In this document: piece by piece, positions 30,128 through 39,749 of the stretch | How positions within the stretch are numbered: the first letter of the stretch is position 1 | Layout: each line of letters starts with the position of its first letter | Assembly: GCA_963666215.2 (NCBI GenBank) | Contig: CAXWPL010000004.1 | Span: forward strand, 320,001 to 384,000 | DNA length: 64,000 bases | From: Acidobacteriota bacterium | GTDB lineage: Bacteria > Acidobacteriota > UBA890 > WLXD01 | Direction: 5' to 3' | Position numbers and translations under genes: made by a program | The notes under the pieces: model-generated | Database searches by the model: none | The model's input: the letters and a program-made list of their open reading frames with translations, nothing else | Told to the model about the DNA's origin: nothing

Positions 30128-31312
30128 TCAGATCGTCGCTGAATTCTCGATTACGGTACCCCATGACCTAGCTGAGGGCAGACATTTGCGGATTCGGACG
30201 ATCGTGTGGTGACGGGGCGCTGCGGCCGGTCCGGCCTCGCCACCGACCGAGTCCCGCGCCCAGCCTGAAGGAAACCAGAGTCTCGTCGATGAGAGGTCAG
30301 GCCTCGGGGCACCTCGGCCCCACAACGCCGCGACTTCCGAGAACGCCCCCCCGCTCGGGATGGGGAAGTTGGTGCGAGCCAGAATCAGGATGTCCTCGAG
30401 CGCCTCGACGACGGACTGCGCGTCGCGCCGGACGTTGTAGGCCTTCGTCTTGTTCGGAAGGAGCGTGACCCACTCCTTTGCCGCGAACCGTTTCTGGACG
30501 TAGCTGGTCTTGGGCTTCGTAATCAACCGGCCGGGAAAGCGCAGCGCCATCTGTTCTTCCGCCTCGGCCGAATCCGAACACAGAAAGAATTGAGCGGAGG
30601 GGTTCCTGGAGAGGATCGCCTCGATCTGGGCAATGTAGAAGTCGTCATCCCTCTTGGCGGCGTCGGTTCGCCGCATGTGGACGCCGTAGGTTCGCTTGCC
30701 GATCCCCTGTCGTCGGCAGAACGTCTCGACGCGTTCGAGGATCTCTCGCTTGACTCGCAGCCCGCGCAGATGGCGGGCACGCTCCGGAGGTTTGATGAAA
30801 TCGAGGAATGTTGGGCTGAGGTAAACGATATGACCATCCCGTCGGATGTTCCGCTCTCGCTTGGGAATACTCGCGACCGGGGCCAGTGAGGGATCTCTCA
30901 CCGCCGACTTGCCGTAATAGTGAACCGGGCCTTCGAGCATGTCTTTGTAGAACGCCCTTCGGTTGCTCTCGGGCGAAGTGAACAAGTCGAAGTCGTTCTC
31001 GAACAGGTCGTGGAACTCGGCCTCGCAGGCGGGGGTCGGCCGCCAGCCGACCCTGAGCGAGAAGCCGAAACGCTCGGCGAGGTACATACCACTGACGAGT
31101 GGACGGATCCGGTTGCCCAGCCCCCCAAGGTCCGCGATGGCGACCGTCCTGTCGGCCCGCGGGAGCTGTGTTTGGCCGCGTGGGAGTGAGAGTGCCCGCG
31201 CGAGGGTTCCGAGACGCCGGACCCAATTCACCAGGGGCGCCGGGAATCGAGCGGCCCGATTCGAAAGGAACGTGTCATGCTTTCGGCTCCGGGGAGCTTT
31301 GGAGCGAGCCAT
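30128..31312 (-). CDS. Fucosyltransferase-like protein (NodZ/GT23/GT11 superfamily)
   Basis: GGLGNRI, GVHMRRTD, FFLCSDS, ALEDILIL...GAFS motifs. Confidence 0.72.
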   Translation of the reverse strand: MARSKAPRSRKHDTFLSNRAARFPAPLVNWVRRLGTLARALSLPRGQTQLPRADRTVAIADLGGLGNRIRPLVSGMYLAERFGFSLRVGWRPTPACEAEFHDLFENDFDLFTSPESNRRAFYKDMLEGPVHYYGKSAVRDPSLAPVASIPKRERNIRRDGHIVYLSPTFLDFIKPPERARHLRGLRVKREILERVETFCRRQGIGKRTYGVHMRRTDAAKRDDDFYIAQIEAILSRNPSAQFFLCSDSAEAEEQMALRFPGRLITKPKTSYVQKRFAAKEWVTLLPNKTKAYNVRRDAQSVVEALEDILILARTNFPIPSGGAFSEVAALWGRGAPRPDLSSTRLWFPSGWARDSVGGEAGPAAAPRHHTIVRIRKCLPSARSWGTVIENSATI

Positions 31313-31551
31313 GGATGCAGGTCGAGTCAGAGGAGACTACAGCGTCGAAACGGGACCCGGAGACGAGGTGCTGCACTGAGTCGTTCCCGTCTGGGATCGT
31401 GTGGGCGGAGTCGACTTCGCACTCCTGCGAGATTGAAGCCGGTTGTTGGGCATAGACTAGCAAAGTGTCCGGCCCGGCTCGGCCTGATGAGGCCGGCTGC
31501 CAGCGTTGTCGACTCCACTACCGGCCCTGCTTCCACTCGAGTTGTCAACTC

Positions 31552-33414
31552 GTGATCAAAACTGGCAAGCAGACAGGCCGGTCCTCGGGGAAGAGGCGCC
31601 GTTACAGCGGCCGCGAACTCGTCGCCAGCAGCCTGTGGGGACTCCGGCTGATATGGCCGATCAACCCGCGGTTGACCTCCTTTCGGCTCCTGCTGACGAT
31701 GCTGCGCGGCGCGCTGCCTGCTGCCGTTGCCTTGGCCGCCCGCGGCATCATCGACACGGTGAGCGTCGTGAGCCAAGCGGATAGTCCCAGCTTCGCTCCC
31801 CTGGTGCCCTGGGTCGTTCTCGCCTTTGCTCTCGCGCTCTTGCTGACCCTCGCCGAGCTCGCCAGCAAGCTGCTCCAGGCCGAGTTCGCGGACGAGCTCA
31901 ATCTCGCACTCACCGAGCGCCTCCTCGTCCACGCCTCGATGCTCGATCTCGCCACCTTCGAAGACTCGAACCAGCGTGACGTCATGCACCGCGCCGAGCG
32001 CCAGCCCGCGCAACGCCTGAGCCAGTTGGTCGCCGAGCTCGAGAGCGCGGCGACGGCCGTTCTTCAGGTGGTGTCCATGATCGCCTTGCTGGCGACGATC
32101 GAGCCGTTCAGTCTGGCTCTGGCGCCGTTCGTCATCCCGTTCATCTACGTCCAATGGAGCCAGGCGAGAAAGCGATTCTCGGAGGAGTACGGGCGGGCGA
32201 AACAGCGGCGCTGGGCGGGCTATTTTGCCGCGCAGCTGAACAACACGCGTAAGCTGGTCGAGGTCCGGTTGCTCGACCTTGCCCCCCACTTCATCGATCG
32301 GTTCCGGAATATCACCGCGGGCTTTCTCCGCCGGAATCGAGAACTTCGATGGAGGGACTTTCGAGCCACGTCGCTGGCCACGGTGGGGATCGTCTCGGCG
32401 GTCTACCTCTTGTTTGCGCGGGTCATCGCTGAGGCCGCCGCGGGGAGAATCAGTATCGGGGATCTGGCCGTCTTCGGCGCCGGGGGCATGGCGCTGCGCG
32501 CTGCCGTCGACTCGGGCACGCGTGCGATCGCGAAGTGGCAGGAGAATGCCAGCCACGCTGCCGATCTCAGGACCTATCTCGAGCTTCGGCCACAGATCGG
32601 AGCGACGGGGGACACCGAGGCCGGGCCCCTCCGACAAGGAATCGAGCTCCGGGAGGTCACCTTCAGCTATCCAGGTGGGAGTGGCGCTGTGCTGCGGAAT
32701 CTCTCCCTGGAGATCCGACCCGGCGAGACGCTTGCCGTCGTCGGACCGAACGGCGCTGGCAAGTCGACACTCGTCAAGCTTCTCGCACGACTGTACGACC
32801 CCGACGAAGGCACGATCCTCTTCGACGGGACCGATCTGTGTCGGATCAGCCCAGCCTCGCTGCACCGGCAGATGGGCGTCGTCCTCCAATCGGGAGAGCT
32901 CTACGACGCGACGGTGGCTGACAACATCGGCTACGGCGATTGGCGGCGACTGCTCGGGACGAAGGACGAGGTGGCTGCGATCGCGGATCGCGTCGGATTG
33001 CGAGAGTGGATCGAGGGCATGCCGGACGGTCTCGATACACTCCTCGGGCGTCATTTCGGGAAGTACGATCTATCGATTGGACAGTGGCAGAAGATCGCCG
33101 TGGCCCGGGTATTGGCGCGCTCCGAGGCATCGTTCCTGATTCTCGACGAGCCGACGGCGAGCCTCGATGCCGAGGCGGAGCACCAGTTCTACCAACGCTT
33201 CAAGGAGCTCGCGGACGGAAGAACAACCCTGCTGATCTCGCACCGATTCTCGACGGTCAGCATCGCCGACCGCATCGTGGTGCTGGACCAGGGCCGGATC
33301 GCCGAGTCCGGGACCCACGATCAGCTCATCGAGGAGGAAGGCATCTACGCAAAGCTATTCGCGCTCCACGTCCGTCAACTCCCCGAGTTCGATGCGCTGC
33401 GGCCGCGAGCGTGA
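31552..33414 (+). CDS. ABC exporter, fused permease and ATPase
   Basis: TM domain, GPNGAGKST, LSIGQWQK, DEPTASLD, ISHRFST; start uncertain. Confidence 0.92.
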   Translation: MIKTGKQTGRSSGKRRRYSGRELVASSLWGLRLIWPINPRLTSFRLLLTMLRGALPAAVALAARGIIDTVSVVSQADSPSFAPLVPWVVLAFALALLLTLAELASKLLQAEFADELNLALTERLLVHASMLDLATFEDSNQRDVMHRAERQPAQRLSQLVAELESAATAVLQVVSMIALLATIEPFSLALAPFVIPFIYVQWSQARKRFSEEYGRAKQRRWAGYFAAQLNNTRKLVEVRLLDLAPHFIDRFRNITAGFLRRNRELRWRDFRATSLATVGIVSAVYLLFARVIAEAAAGRISIGDLAVFGAGGMALRAAVDSGTRAIAKWQENASHAADLRTYLELRPQIGATGDTEAGPLRQGIELREVTFSYPGGSGAVLRNLSLEIRPGETLAVVGPNGAGKSTLVKLLARLYDPDEGTILFDGTDLCRISPASLHRQMGVVLQSGELYDATVADNIGYGDWRRLLGTKDEVAAIADRVGLREWIEGMPDGLDTLLGRHFGKYDLSIGQWQKIAVARVLARSEASFLILDEPTASLDAEAEHQFYQRFKELADGRTTLLISHRFSTVSIADRIVVLDQGRIAESGTHDQLIEEEGIYAKLFALHVRQLPEFDALRPRA

Positions 33415-34286
33415 GGCTTGTGAGTATGCTGGAGCGCGTTCGGGGCCGGATCAGCGCCGGTGCCACGCGGCGCGGGCGCCGGCTGCTCGAGGGCGCGATG
33501 CGTGTCGGCTGGCGAGCCACCGTCCGCTATGGGCCGCGCTGCCGCCTGCGCGATGCGCCATCGCTGACCTGCATCCTCCTGAGCTACCGACGGCCGGAGA
33601 ATATGGCCGACCTGGTTCGCGGGCTTCTGCGGTGCGAGTTCGTCGACCGCGTGATCGTGTCGAACAGCAACCCCGAGACGGAGATCGGTCGCTGGACTCC
33701 GTTCAGCGACCCCCGGCTCCAGGTCACGGACGCGGGGCGGCACACGCCGGCGGGATTCCGCTTCGAGCTCGCTCGCGAGGCCGAGGCCGCCCACTATCTC
33801 TGCATCGACGACGATGTCTTTCTCCGTCCGAAGCAGATTAGAGACCTCTATGCGCACTACCTGGAGGATCCGAGCGTTCCGCACGGCGTCTGGGGTCACG
33901 ACTTTTCCGAAGCCGAGGGCGGACTGAAACGACGCCGGGTGGAAGCGTCGGTGGACGTTCTCCAGCAGGTCTATCTGCTGTCACGGCAGCACGTGACGGA
34001 CTACTTCCGGTTACTCGGGGAACTGGGCTTCCGAAGCACCGAGGAACTGCGTTTCGGCGACGATATCCTTCTGGGTCACTGCAGTGAGGGACGGCCACGT
34101 TGCCACGACGTGGGGCTCTACGCCGTGTGTCCGACGACCCACGCGCCTGGTCGCGCCACCTGGAAACAGTCGGGCTTCGAGGACTTCCGAATCGATTTGC
34201 TGTCGAAGGTTCGCGAACTTCGCCCCCGCGGCGCCTCAGCCGATCGCGAGGCCACGCGGCGGGACGGACCCGATCGGGCGCATTGA
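33411..34286 (+). CDS. GT-A glycosyltransferase (GT2/GT64-like)
   Basis: LLSYRRP, CIDDDVF, GDDILL; GTGA overlap with the ABC gene. Confidence 0.7.
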   Translation: MRLVSMLERVRGRISAGATRRGRRLLEGAMRVGWRATVRYGPRCRLRDAPSLTCILLSYRRPENMADLVRGLLRCEFVDRVIVSNSNPETEIGRWTPFSDPRLQVTDAGRHTPAGFRFELAREAEAAHYLCIDDDVFLRPKQIRDLYAHYLEDPSVPHGVWGHDFSEAEGGLKRRRVEASVDVLQQVYLLSRQHVTDYFRLLGELGFRSTEELRFGDDILLGHCSEGRPRCHDVGLYAVCPTTHAPGRATWKQSGFEDFRIDLLSKVRELRPRGASADREATRRDGPDRAH

Positions 34287-34292
34287 CGGAAG

Positions 34293-35330
34293 ATGAGAGT
34301 CACTCAGCTCATGTTGGCAAGGGGATTCGGCGGCGCCCAGCGCTCTTTCGTCGATACCGCATTGGCGCTCGCTGAGCGGGGGCACCAGGTCCAGGCCATA
34401 TGCCACCAGGATTTCGTCCAGCAGCAGTCGCTCGAAGGCGTCCCGAACCTCCGGTTGCATCCGGTGAGGGTCGGAGTCGGGCGGGCCGTCGGCACCGCCG
34501 TTCGGATTGCGATACTGCTCAGACGCTTCAAAGCAGACATTGTCCACACTAGTCTGACGAAGGCGGCCTTGCATGGCGGGCGCGCGGGTAGACTCGCTCG
34601 CGTACCGCTGGTTGCCAAGCTGCATAACTACGTCAAGCTGGGCGAGTATGGCCGGGTGCATACGTTGATTGCCCCCACGGAGGATCAACGTGGCCACGTA
34701 CTGGCTCAGGGCTGGCCGGCAGACCGAGTGACCGTTGTTCCCTATTTCTCGCGCGTCCGACCTGTTGATTCAGCGCGTTTGCCGGGAACCCGACCAACCC
34801 GATTGCTCGCCTACGGACGCCATGTGCACAAGAAGGGCTTTGATGTGCTCCTGAGAGCCTTCAAGCGCTTGCTGGACGGCGGAGTGGATTGCGAACTGGC
34901 CGTGGGCGGCCATGGCCCGGAAAGCCCGAGATTGCGGGATCTGGCGAACGATCTGGGAATCGCCGGCCAGGTCAGACTGGGCCCCTGGATCGACGACGTG
35001 CGTACGGCGCTGGATGAGGCGGATGTTTTCGTGCTGCCGTCGCGCAGGGAGCCGTTCGGCATCGTGATGCTAGAGGCGATGGCGCGTGGTTTGCCGATCG
35101 TCACCACTCGAACACAGGGTCCGGTCCAGGTCTTGACCGATGACCTGGCCACGTTCGTGGACATCGATTCGGTAGATGCGCTATCAGCCGGCCTGCGGGA
35201 AGCGGCTGAGAATCCTGCCACCGCGCACAAGAAGGCCGCCGCAGCCCTGGAGTTGTATCGCACGACCTACCACGCAGATGTTGTGCTTCCCCGACTCGAG
35301 GGGCTGTATGACGCGATCGTTTCCCCCTAG
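34293..35330 (+). CDS. GT4 family glycosyltransferase
   Basis: FGGAQR, KKGFDVLL, EPFGIVMLEAMA. Confidence 0.92.
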   Translation: MRVTQLMLARGFGGAQRSFVDTALALAERGHQVQAICHQDFVQQQSLEGVPNLRLHPVRVGVGRAVGTAVRIAILLRRFKADIVHTSLTKAALHGGRAGRLARVPLVAKLHNYVKLGEYGRVHTLIAPTEDQRGHVLAQGWPADRVTVVPYFSRVRPVDSARLPGTRPTRLLAYGRHVHKKGFDVLLRAFKRLLDGGVDCELAVGGHGPESPRLRDLANDLGIAGQVRLGPWIDDVRTALDEADVFVLPSRREPFGIVMLEAMARGLPIVTTRTQGPVQVLTDDLATFVDIDSVDALSAGLREAAENPATAHKKAAAALELYRTTYHADVVLPRLEGLYDAIVSP

Positions 35331-35344
35331 GGTGCTCGTCGTCG

Positions 35345-36220
35345 TCAGGCTCCGGCAGGTCGTTGATGTGCCGACCGGTCGACCTGGCGCTTGGGTGGCG
35401 GGCGCCGGTAAGCCAACTGACCCGCGAAATCAACTCCGATCCGTGGGTGGAATTGAGGTTGAAGGTAGCGGAGCACGCGCTGGTCGCTGCTGCGACCGTA
35501 GGGGAAGCGCGCTTCTCCAATGACCTCGCCGCCTGCTCCCGCTGACGTCACGCGGAAAGGCGGCATCCCTCGCGGCACCGCAAGGCAGGCCCGAGCCGCC
35601 TCCAAGAGCTCCACCACGGCCTCCCATCGTCCGATGAAGACGCCGGCACACAGGTATCGGGAGGGGCCGGTCCCGGGCGGACATGACGCATCCGCCCAGT
35701 CGTGCACTTCCGGCGTGTGGCCCCGGGGGTCACGGTACGTCGTATCGGAAAAGAGCACGTCATGACCGCTCCGTTCCAGGATCTCGATGGCCCTGCCCAG
35801 ATCGTCTCGGAGCACGCAATCGTCGGAGTCGGCATAGAGGATGTAGGGGGTCGGTCTTGAGTGGTTGCGGAGCGCTTCCAGGCCCAGCTCGACCTTCAGG
35901 GCGTTGAGCCAACGAGTTCCCGCGGCCGGGCGCGCGACAAGAAAATCCTCGATCCCGAGGTAGCGGAGACTTCGTTCCATGACGGTCTCCTCGGGCCGAT
36001 CGTGCACCAGCAGGACAGTGAGCCGATCGGGCAGCCGGAACCTTCCCTTGCGGGGCCCGCAGTGAAGTCTGATCGCCAGCCAATCGGGCAGGTCGCGCAC
36101 CAGTTCCCCGGAGTGAACCAGAACGGTCGAGCCGGACCTGCCCAACCGATGAGCCGTCAGCAGAGCACCCAGCAATCTCCTGGTCCGCCCCAATGTGCGC
36201 GGGAAGCTCGGGAGTCTCAT
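35345..36220 (-). CDS. PLOD-type GT-A glycosyltransferase-like protein
   Basis: YILYADSDD, YLCAGVFIG, SDQ; start at MRLPSF overlapping the upstream stop. Confidence 0.65.
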   Translation of the reverse strand: MRLPSFPRTLGRTRRLLGALLTAHRLGRSGSTVLVHSGELVRDLPDWLAIRLHCGPRKGRFRLPDRLTVLLVHDRPEETVMERSLRYLGIEDFLVARPAAGTRWLNALKVELGLEALRNHSRPTPYILYADSDDCVLRDDLGRAIEILERSGHDVLFSDTTYRDPRGHTPEVHDWADASCPPGTGPSRYLCAGVFIGRWEAVVELLEAARACLAVPRGMPPFRVTSAGAGGEVIGEARFPYGRSSDQRVLRYLQPQFHPRIGVDFAGQLAYRRPPPKRQVDRSAHQRPAGA

Positions 36221-37351
36221 GGGTGACCCATTGCGACGCCGCGCCGGATGAGTGCTGCCACTTGAGCCGCGACCACCTGCGGATCGCGGGCCGCCTGGAC
36301 CGCCTCGTACGCGTGTTGTCGCATGTCCCTGAAGTGTTCCCACCGGTTCACGACGTCGGCGACGAGATCGGGGACATCGGCGAAGTCGCGGCGACACGCC
36401 AGGTAGGTCTCTCCCTTCCGATAGACCAAGGGATCGGTGAGGGCGTGGCCCATGTCCGGCTTGATCATCACGCAGCCCGCAAGGATCGCTTCAAAGTCGC
36501 GGATACAGACCTCACCGAACCCCCAGGGCGAGATGGCGACCTTGGATTCGGCAAGCACGCGGTAGAACTGCTTCTTGGGATAGCCGGGGCCACCATCGGC
36601 TTTGGTGAGCTTGACGTGAACCTCGAATCGGCCGCTCCGTCCGAGTTCGTCGAGCATCGCGGCGGCGCGGAGGCGGTGGCGCGCGATTTCCGGAACGTCG
36701 TGCGTGGCCTTGCCCACGAACGAAACGTCGATCGCGCGCGGAGCTTTCGGCTTCCACCGCCGCCGAGCGATCCGCTTCAATCGCGGGTAGGTGGCCAGCG
36801 TGAAGCCTGTCAGAAGCTTCCTCAGATCCTGTGGGGCGAGGGCCGGGTTTCGGGATGGCCCGGGACCGTTTTCCTCGTCCGCTCGTAGAAGGTGCACGTG
36901 ATACCGATAGCCGTCGTCCGGTCCGACGAGGTTGTTGACGCCAGGGTCGACGAGGTTGGTGTTGCGGGCGACTGCCGTGATCCGATCGTCCGCGAGCATC
37001 TCGGCTGTCCGTTCATCGACGGAGGCCGAGGCGCCGCGGGCGAGAGCGATGACCGGGCGCCCGCCGTCGAACAACGCGGCCGACCATCCGTCTGCCGGGT
37101 CCCTTGGGGTCGTCTCGGCGGCACGGTGGTCGTACCCGAGTCGAGTTGTCAGGTTCGTCAGAATGAAATCGTCGACATCCTTCACGGCCCGGACACGGTC
37201 TCCACCGGCCGCAACCGCCTGGGTACAGAAGATGGATCCCGTGTCGGTGGAGCCTCCGACGTACACCGAGCACTGTGGGCGCCTGGGACAGATTCGTGGG
37301 CGTGGACTCGTGCAGGAAAACGCCGCGCAGTCGCTGCACCGCCTCGGTCAT
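36217..37351 (-). CDS. Glyco_trans_1_2-like glycosyltransferase, probable 5' frameshift
   Basis: DVSFVG, SKVAISPWGFGEVCIRDFEAILAG; the coupled ATGA start at 37351 is out of frame with the 36217-37266 ORF. Confidence 0.65.
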
Positions 37352-39741
37352 CCAGCCGCCTGACTCAGAAACGCTCGGATCTCGCGGCCGACGTGCCTCA
37401 CGGAGGTCCGGGCCCGAACCGACTTCATGATCTCGAGACCTTCGAACCACTCGGCGGAGCCGAACGACTCGCGCATGCGTTCGATCATGTCGAGCACGCT
37501 CTCGAGGGAGTCGTCTTCCAGGAGGTAGGGGTAGTCCGTCGTCAGGTAGTACACGGCATCACCTTCGAGCCGATTCACGAGGATGTTGGCGCCGCAGTGC
37601 GCCGCCGTGAATCCCTTGAGGAAAGGCTTGAAGCAGTCCTGCGGCCTCCGTCTCCGGACCGCGTAATGGACGTTGGCGTGTCGCAATCGGTCGAACCACA
37701 CCGCGCGCTCGGCTTTGCCGTCGATGTGGCAGAAATCGATGTGCTCCATCAGTCGCGAGCCGTAGCGGGCGTTGCCGAACAGCCCGAAGTATCCGAGGCT
37801 GAGATACTCGGCCTGTGCGCGGATTCCGGCGATCCGCGGATCGACGTGATGGGTGATCAATGCCGTCTCGCGCCCCTCCCGTGCCAGCGCCTCGTACTGT
37901 CGCAGGGAGGAGGCTATGAACAGGTCGGCGAGTTCCGCGATCTCGCCCTTGGCCCGGATGTCGACGCAGTCAGCCGCGACCACGTTCCCGTGGCTTCGAA
38001 GACGCTCGATCGCTGCCCGGGAACCATGCACGCACAACCCCTTGCTCAGGACGACGATGGAATCCTTGATCTCGTCGGTCTGCTGTTCGTCGACGACGCG
38101 GACTGTCCACGGATCCGGCACGGCGCGCTGCGCGAGTTCGCTGAGTTGACGCACTCGCATGAGGGTCGACCCGAAGTCGTGCTGCCTGGAGTGATAAACG
38201 AACACCAGGTTCGTGATCGAGGCCCGCGCCGTGGATACGAGCGCCGGCTCGGTAGGCGCCACCGCCGGGTCGCGAGGGATCAAGACGAACTGCTCGTTGT
38301 CGCGTGACGTCCCCAACCTCCGCGGCAGTACTCGCGGCCGATACTCAGCGTGGTGAACGACGTAGGGGAGGGCAAGCTGGTCGCGGTTCGGGAACTCGAG
38401 AAGAGTCCTCCACCATTGCCGGCAGAACGCCGCGACATCCTCGTCTCGATGCGAGCGAGCGAGTGACGAGGCCTCGACCAGTCCATCGCGAGCCGGAAAC
38501 GACTCCTCGCGCAGCCGGCGATACAGATCGATGACCGGACCGGGTTCGTGCCGACAACTGACGAGGACCGCTTCGCATTCGGAGTAGAGGTCGTTTCGTT
38601 CCGGATGCGCCCAGGTGAGGAAGGGCGAGCCCTCGAGCCAACGCTGGAAGAACAGCACCGGGTCTCCGAGCAAGAGGGCGTTCGCATCCACATAGAGCGA
38701 CGCATCGTAGCCCTCGAGTTCGTCGAAGGGCAGGATCTTCAGGCGACGATTGTCGAGCCGCGGATCTCCCATTCCCGGATCGCTGAGAATCACCTTCCAA
38801 CCGCTCACCTCCCTTGGACGATCCGAGAAGCACAGGAAGTCGACACCCTCGGGGACGAAGGCGGGCGGTCGAAGGCGGTCGTAGTCGCCGAACAACGCGG
38901 TATACACGCATACGGGCCGGTCGAGGGCGCCGTAGGCCCCGAGCTCTCTCGGTTCGGCGACGGGGAATGACTCTTGCGAGGAGGTGCGATTGCGGAGCGG
39001 AATGGGGCCCGAGTCGACGTCGAACTCGCCGGCGAGCGCCTTGGACCAGTAGCCCTCCCAGACCTCTTCGGCCACCGGCCAGCCTCCGGCTCGAAGGTGC
39101 CGGATCCCTTCGAGGGCCAGGCGGCAGCGTTCCTGAAGCCAGGGAGTGACGCCGCCGCTGTGCTCCAGGAACGCATCGGGCTGCTCGTCCTCGAGCATCC
39201 GGAAGAGAGTGCCAGCCACTCGGCGGGAGACGTTGTAGCGTGCCCGATCCGAACGGGAGATCCGCCGCCAGGCCGCGGTCGCGCGAGCCCAGTCGCGCTG
39301 CAGGGCCGCGGTTTCGCCGGCTTCGATAGCCAGGCCGGCGTATCGCGGGAAGTGCGCGAGTCCGGCGGAGCAAACTTCTTTGGCCTCGGCGCTGTCGCCA
39401 AGTTCAAGATGCGCCTTCGCGAGTCCAGCGAACGCTGATCCGGATGCCGTATCGGGAAACTGCTTCAGGACGGTGCGCCACAGAGTCATAGCCCCTGGCC
39501 AGTCGCGTGCGCGGTGCGCCTCTTTTGCGGCACTCTCCAGGAACTCGCGAGACCGCTCGAAGTCGGGGTGGACCCGGTGCACGAGCTTCCGTCGGAGGCT
39601 GAGCGGAAGTCGGGGCCAGACCTGTTGGAACAGCCATCCGCGACGCCGGAGGCGGCGAACGAAGGCTCGCTGATCCGCTTCTTCTCGCGAGGGGATGACG
39701 TCCCTGGGTCTGCGAGTACGAGGCTGCGATTTCGATGCCAT
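37348..39741 (-). CDS. TPR + DUF616 glycosyltransferase-like + C-terminal GT-B-like multidomain protein
   Basis: TPR-like helices; CVYTALFGDYD, LYVDAN, HPERN, RDQLALPY; C-terminal KPFLK..TAAHCG. Confidence 0.7.
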   Translation of the reverse strand: MASKSQPRTRRPRDVIPSREEADQRAFVRRLRRRGWLFQQVWPRLPLSLRRKLVHRVHPDFERSREFLESAAKEAHRARDWPGAMTLWRTVLKQFPDTASGSAFAGLAKAHLELGDSAEAKEVCSAGLAHFPRYAGLAIEAGETAALQRDWARATAAWRRISRSDRARYNVSRRVAGTLFRMLEDEQPDAFLEHSGGVTPWLQERCRLALEGIRHLRAGGWPVAEEVWEGYWSKALAGEFDVDSGPIPLRNRTSSQESFPVAEPRELGAYGALDRPVCVYTALFGDYDRLRPPAFVPEGVDFLCFSDRPREVSGWKVILSDPGMGDPRLDNRRLKILPFDELEGYDASLYVDANALLLGDPVLFFQRWLEGSPFLTWAHPERNDLYSECEAVLVSCRHEPGPVIDLYRRLREESFPARDGLVEASSLARSHRDEDVAAFCRQWWRTLLEFPNRDQLALPYVVHHAEYRPRVLPRRLGTSRDNEQFVLIPRDPAVAPTEPALVSTARASITNLVFVYHSRQHDFGSTLMRVRQLSELAQRAVPDPWTVRVVDEQQTDEIKDSIVVLSKGLCVHGSRAAIERLRSHGNVVAADCVDIRAKGEIAELADLFIASSLRQYEALAREGRETALITHHVDPRIAGIRAQAEYLSLGYFGLFGNARYGSRLMEHIDFCHIDGKAERAVWFDRLRHANVHYAVRRRRPQDCFKPFLKGFTAAHCGANILVNRLEGDAVYYLTTDYPYLLEDDSLESVLDMIERMRESFGSAEWFEGLEIMKSVRARTSVRHVGREIRAFLSQAAG

Positions 39742-39749
39742 GGCTTGGG

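Noticed and set aside
31511-31524. CACTACC as another IS1-like end
   Set aside because: Only a 7-bp match without the preceding AAACTGA; expected by chance.
31313-31551. RiPP precursor near the ABC exporter
   Set aside because: No convincing short leader-core ORF, and no peptidase or RiPP maturase in the island.
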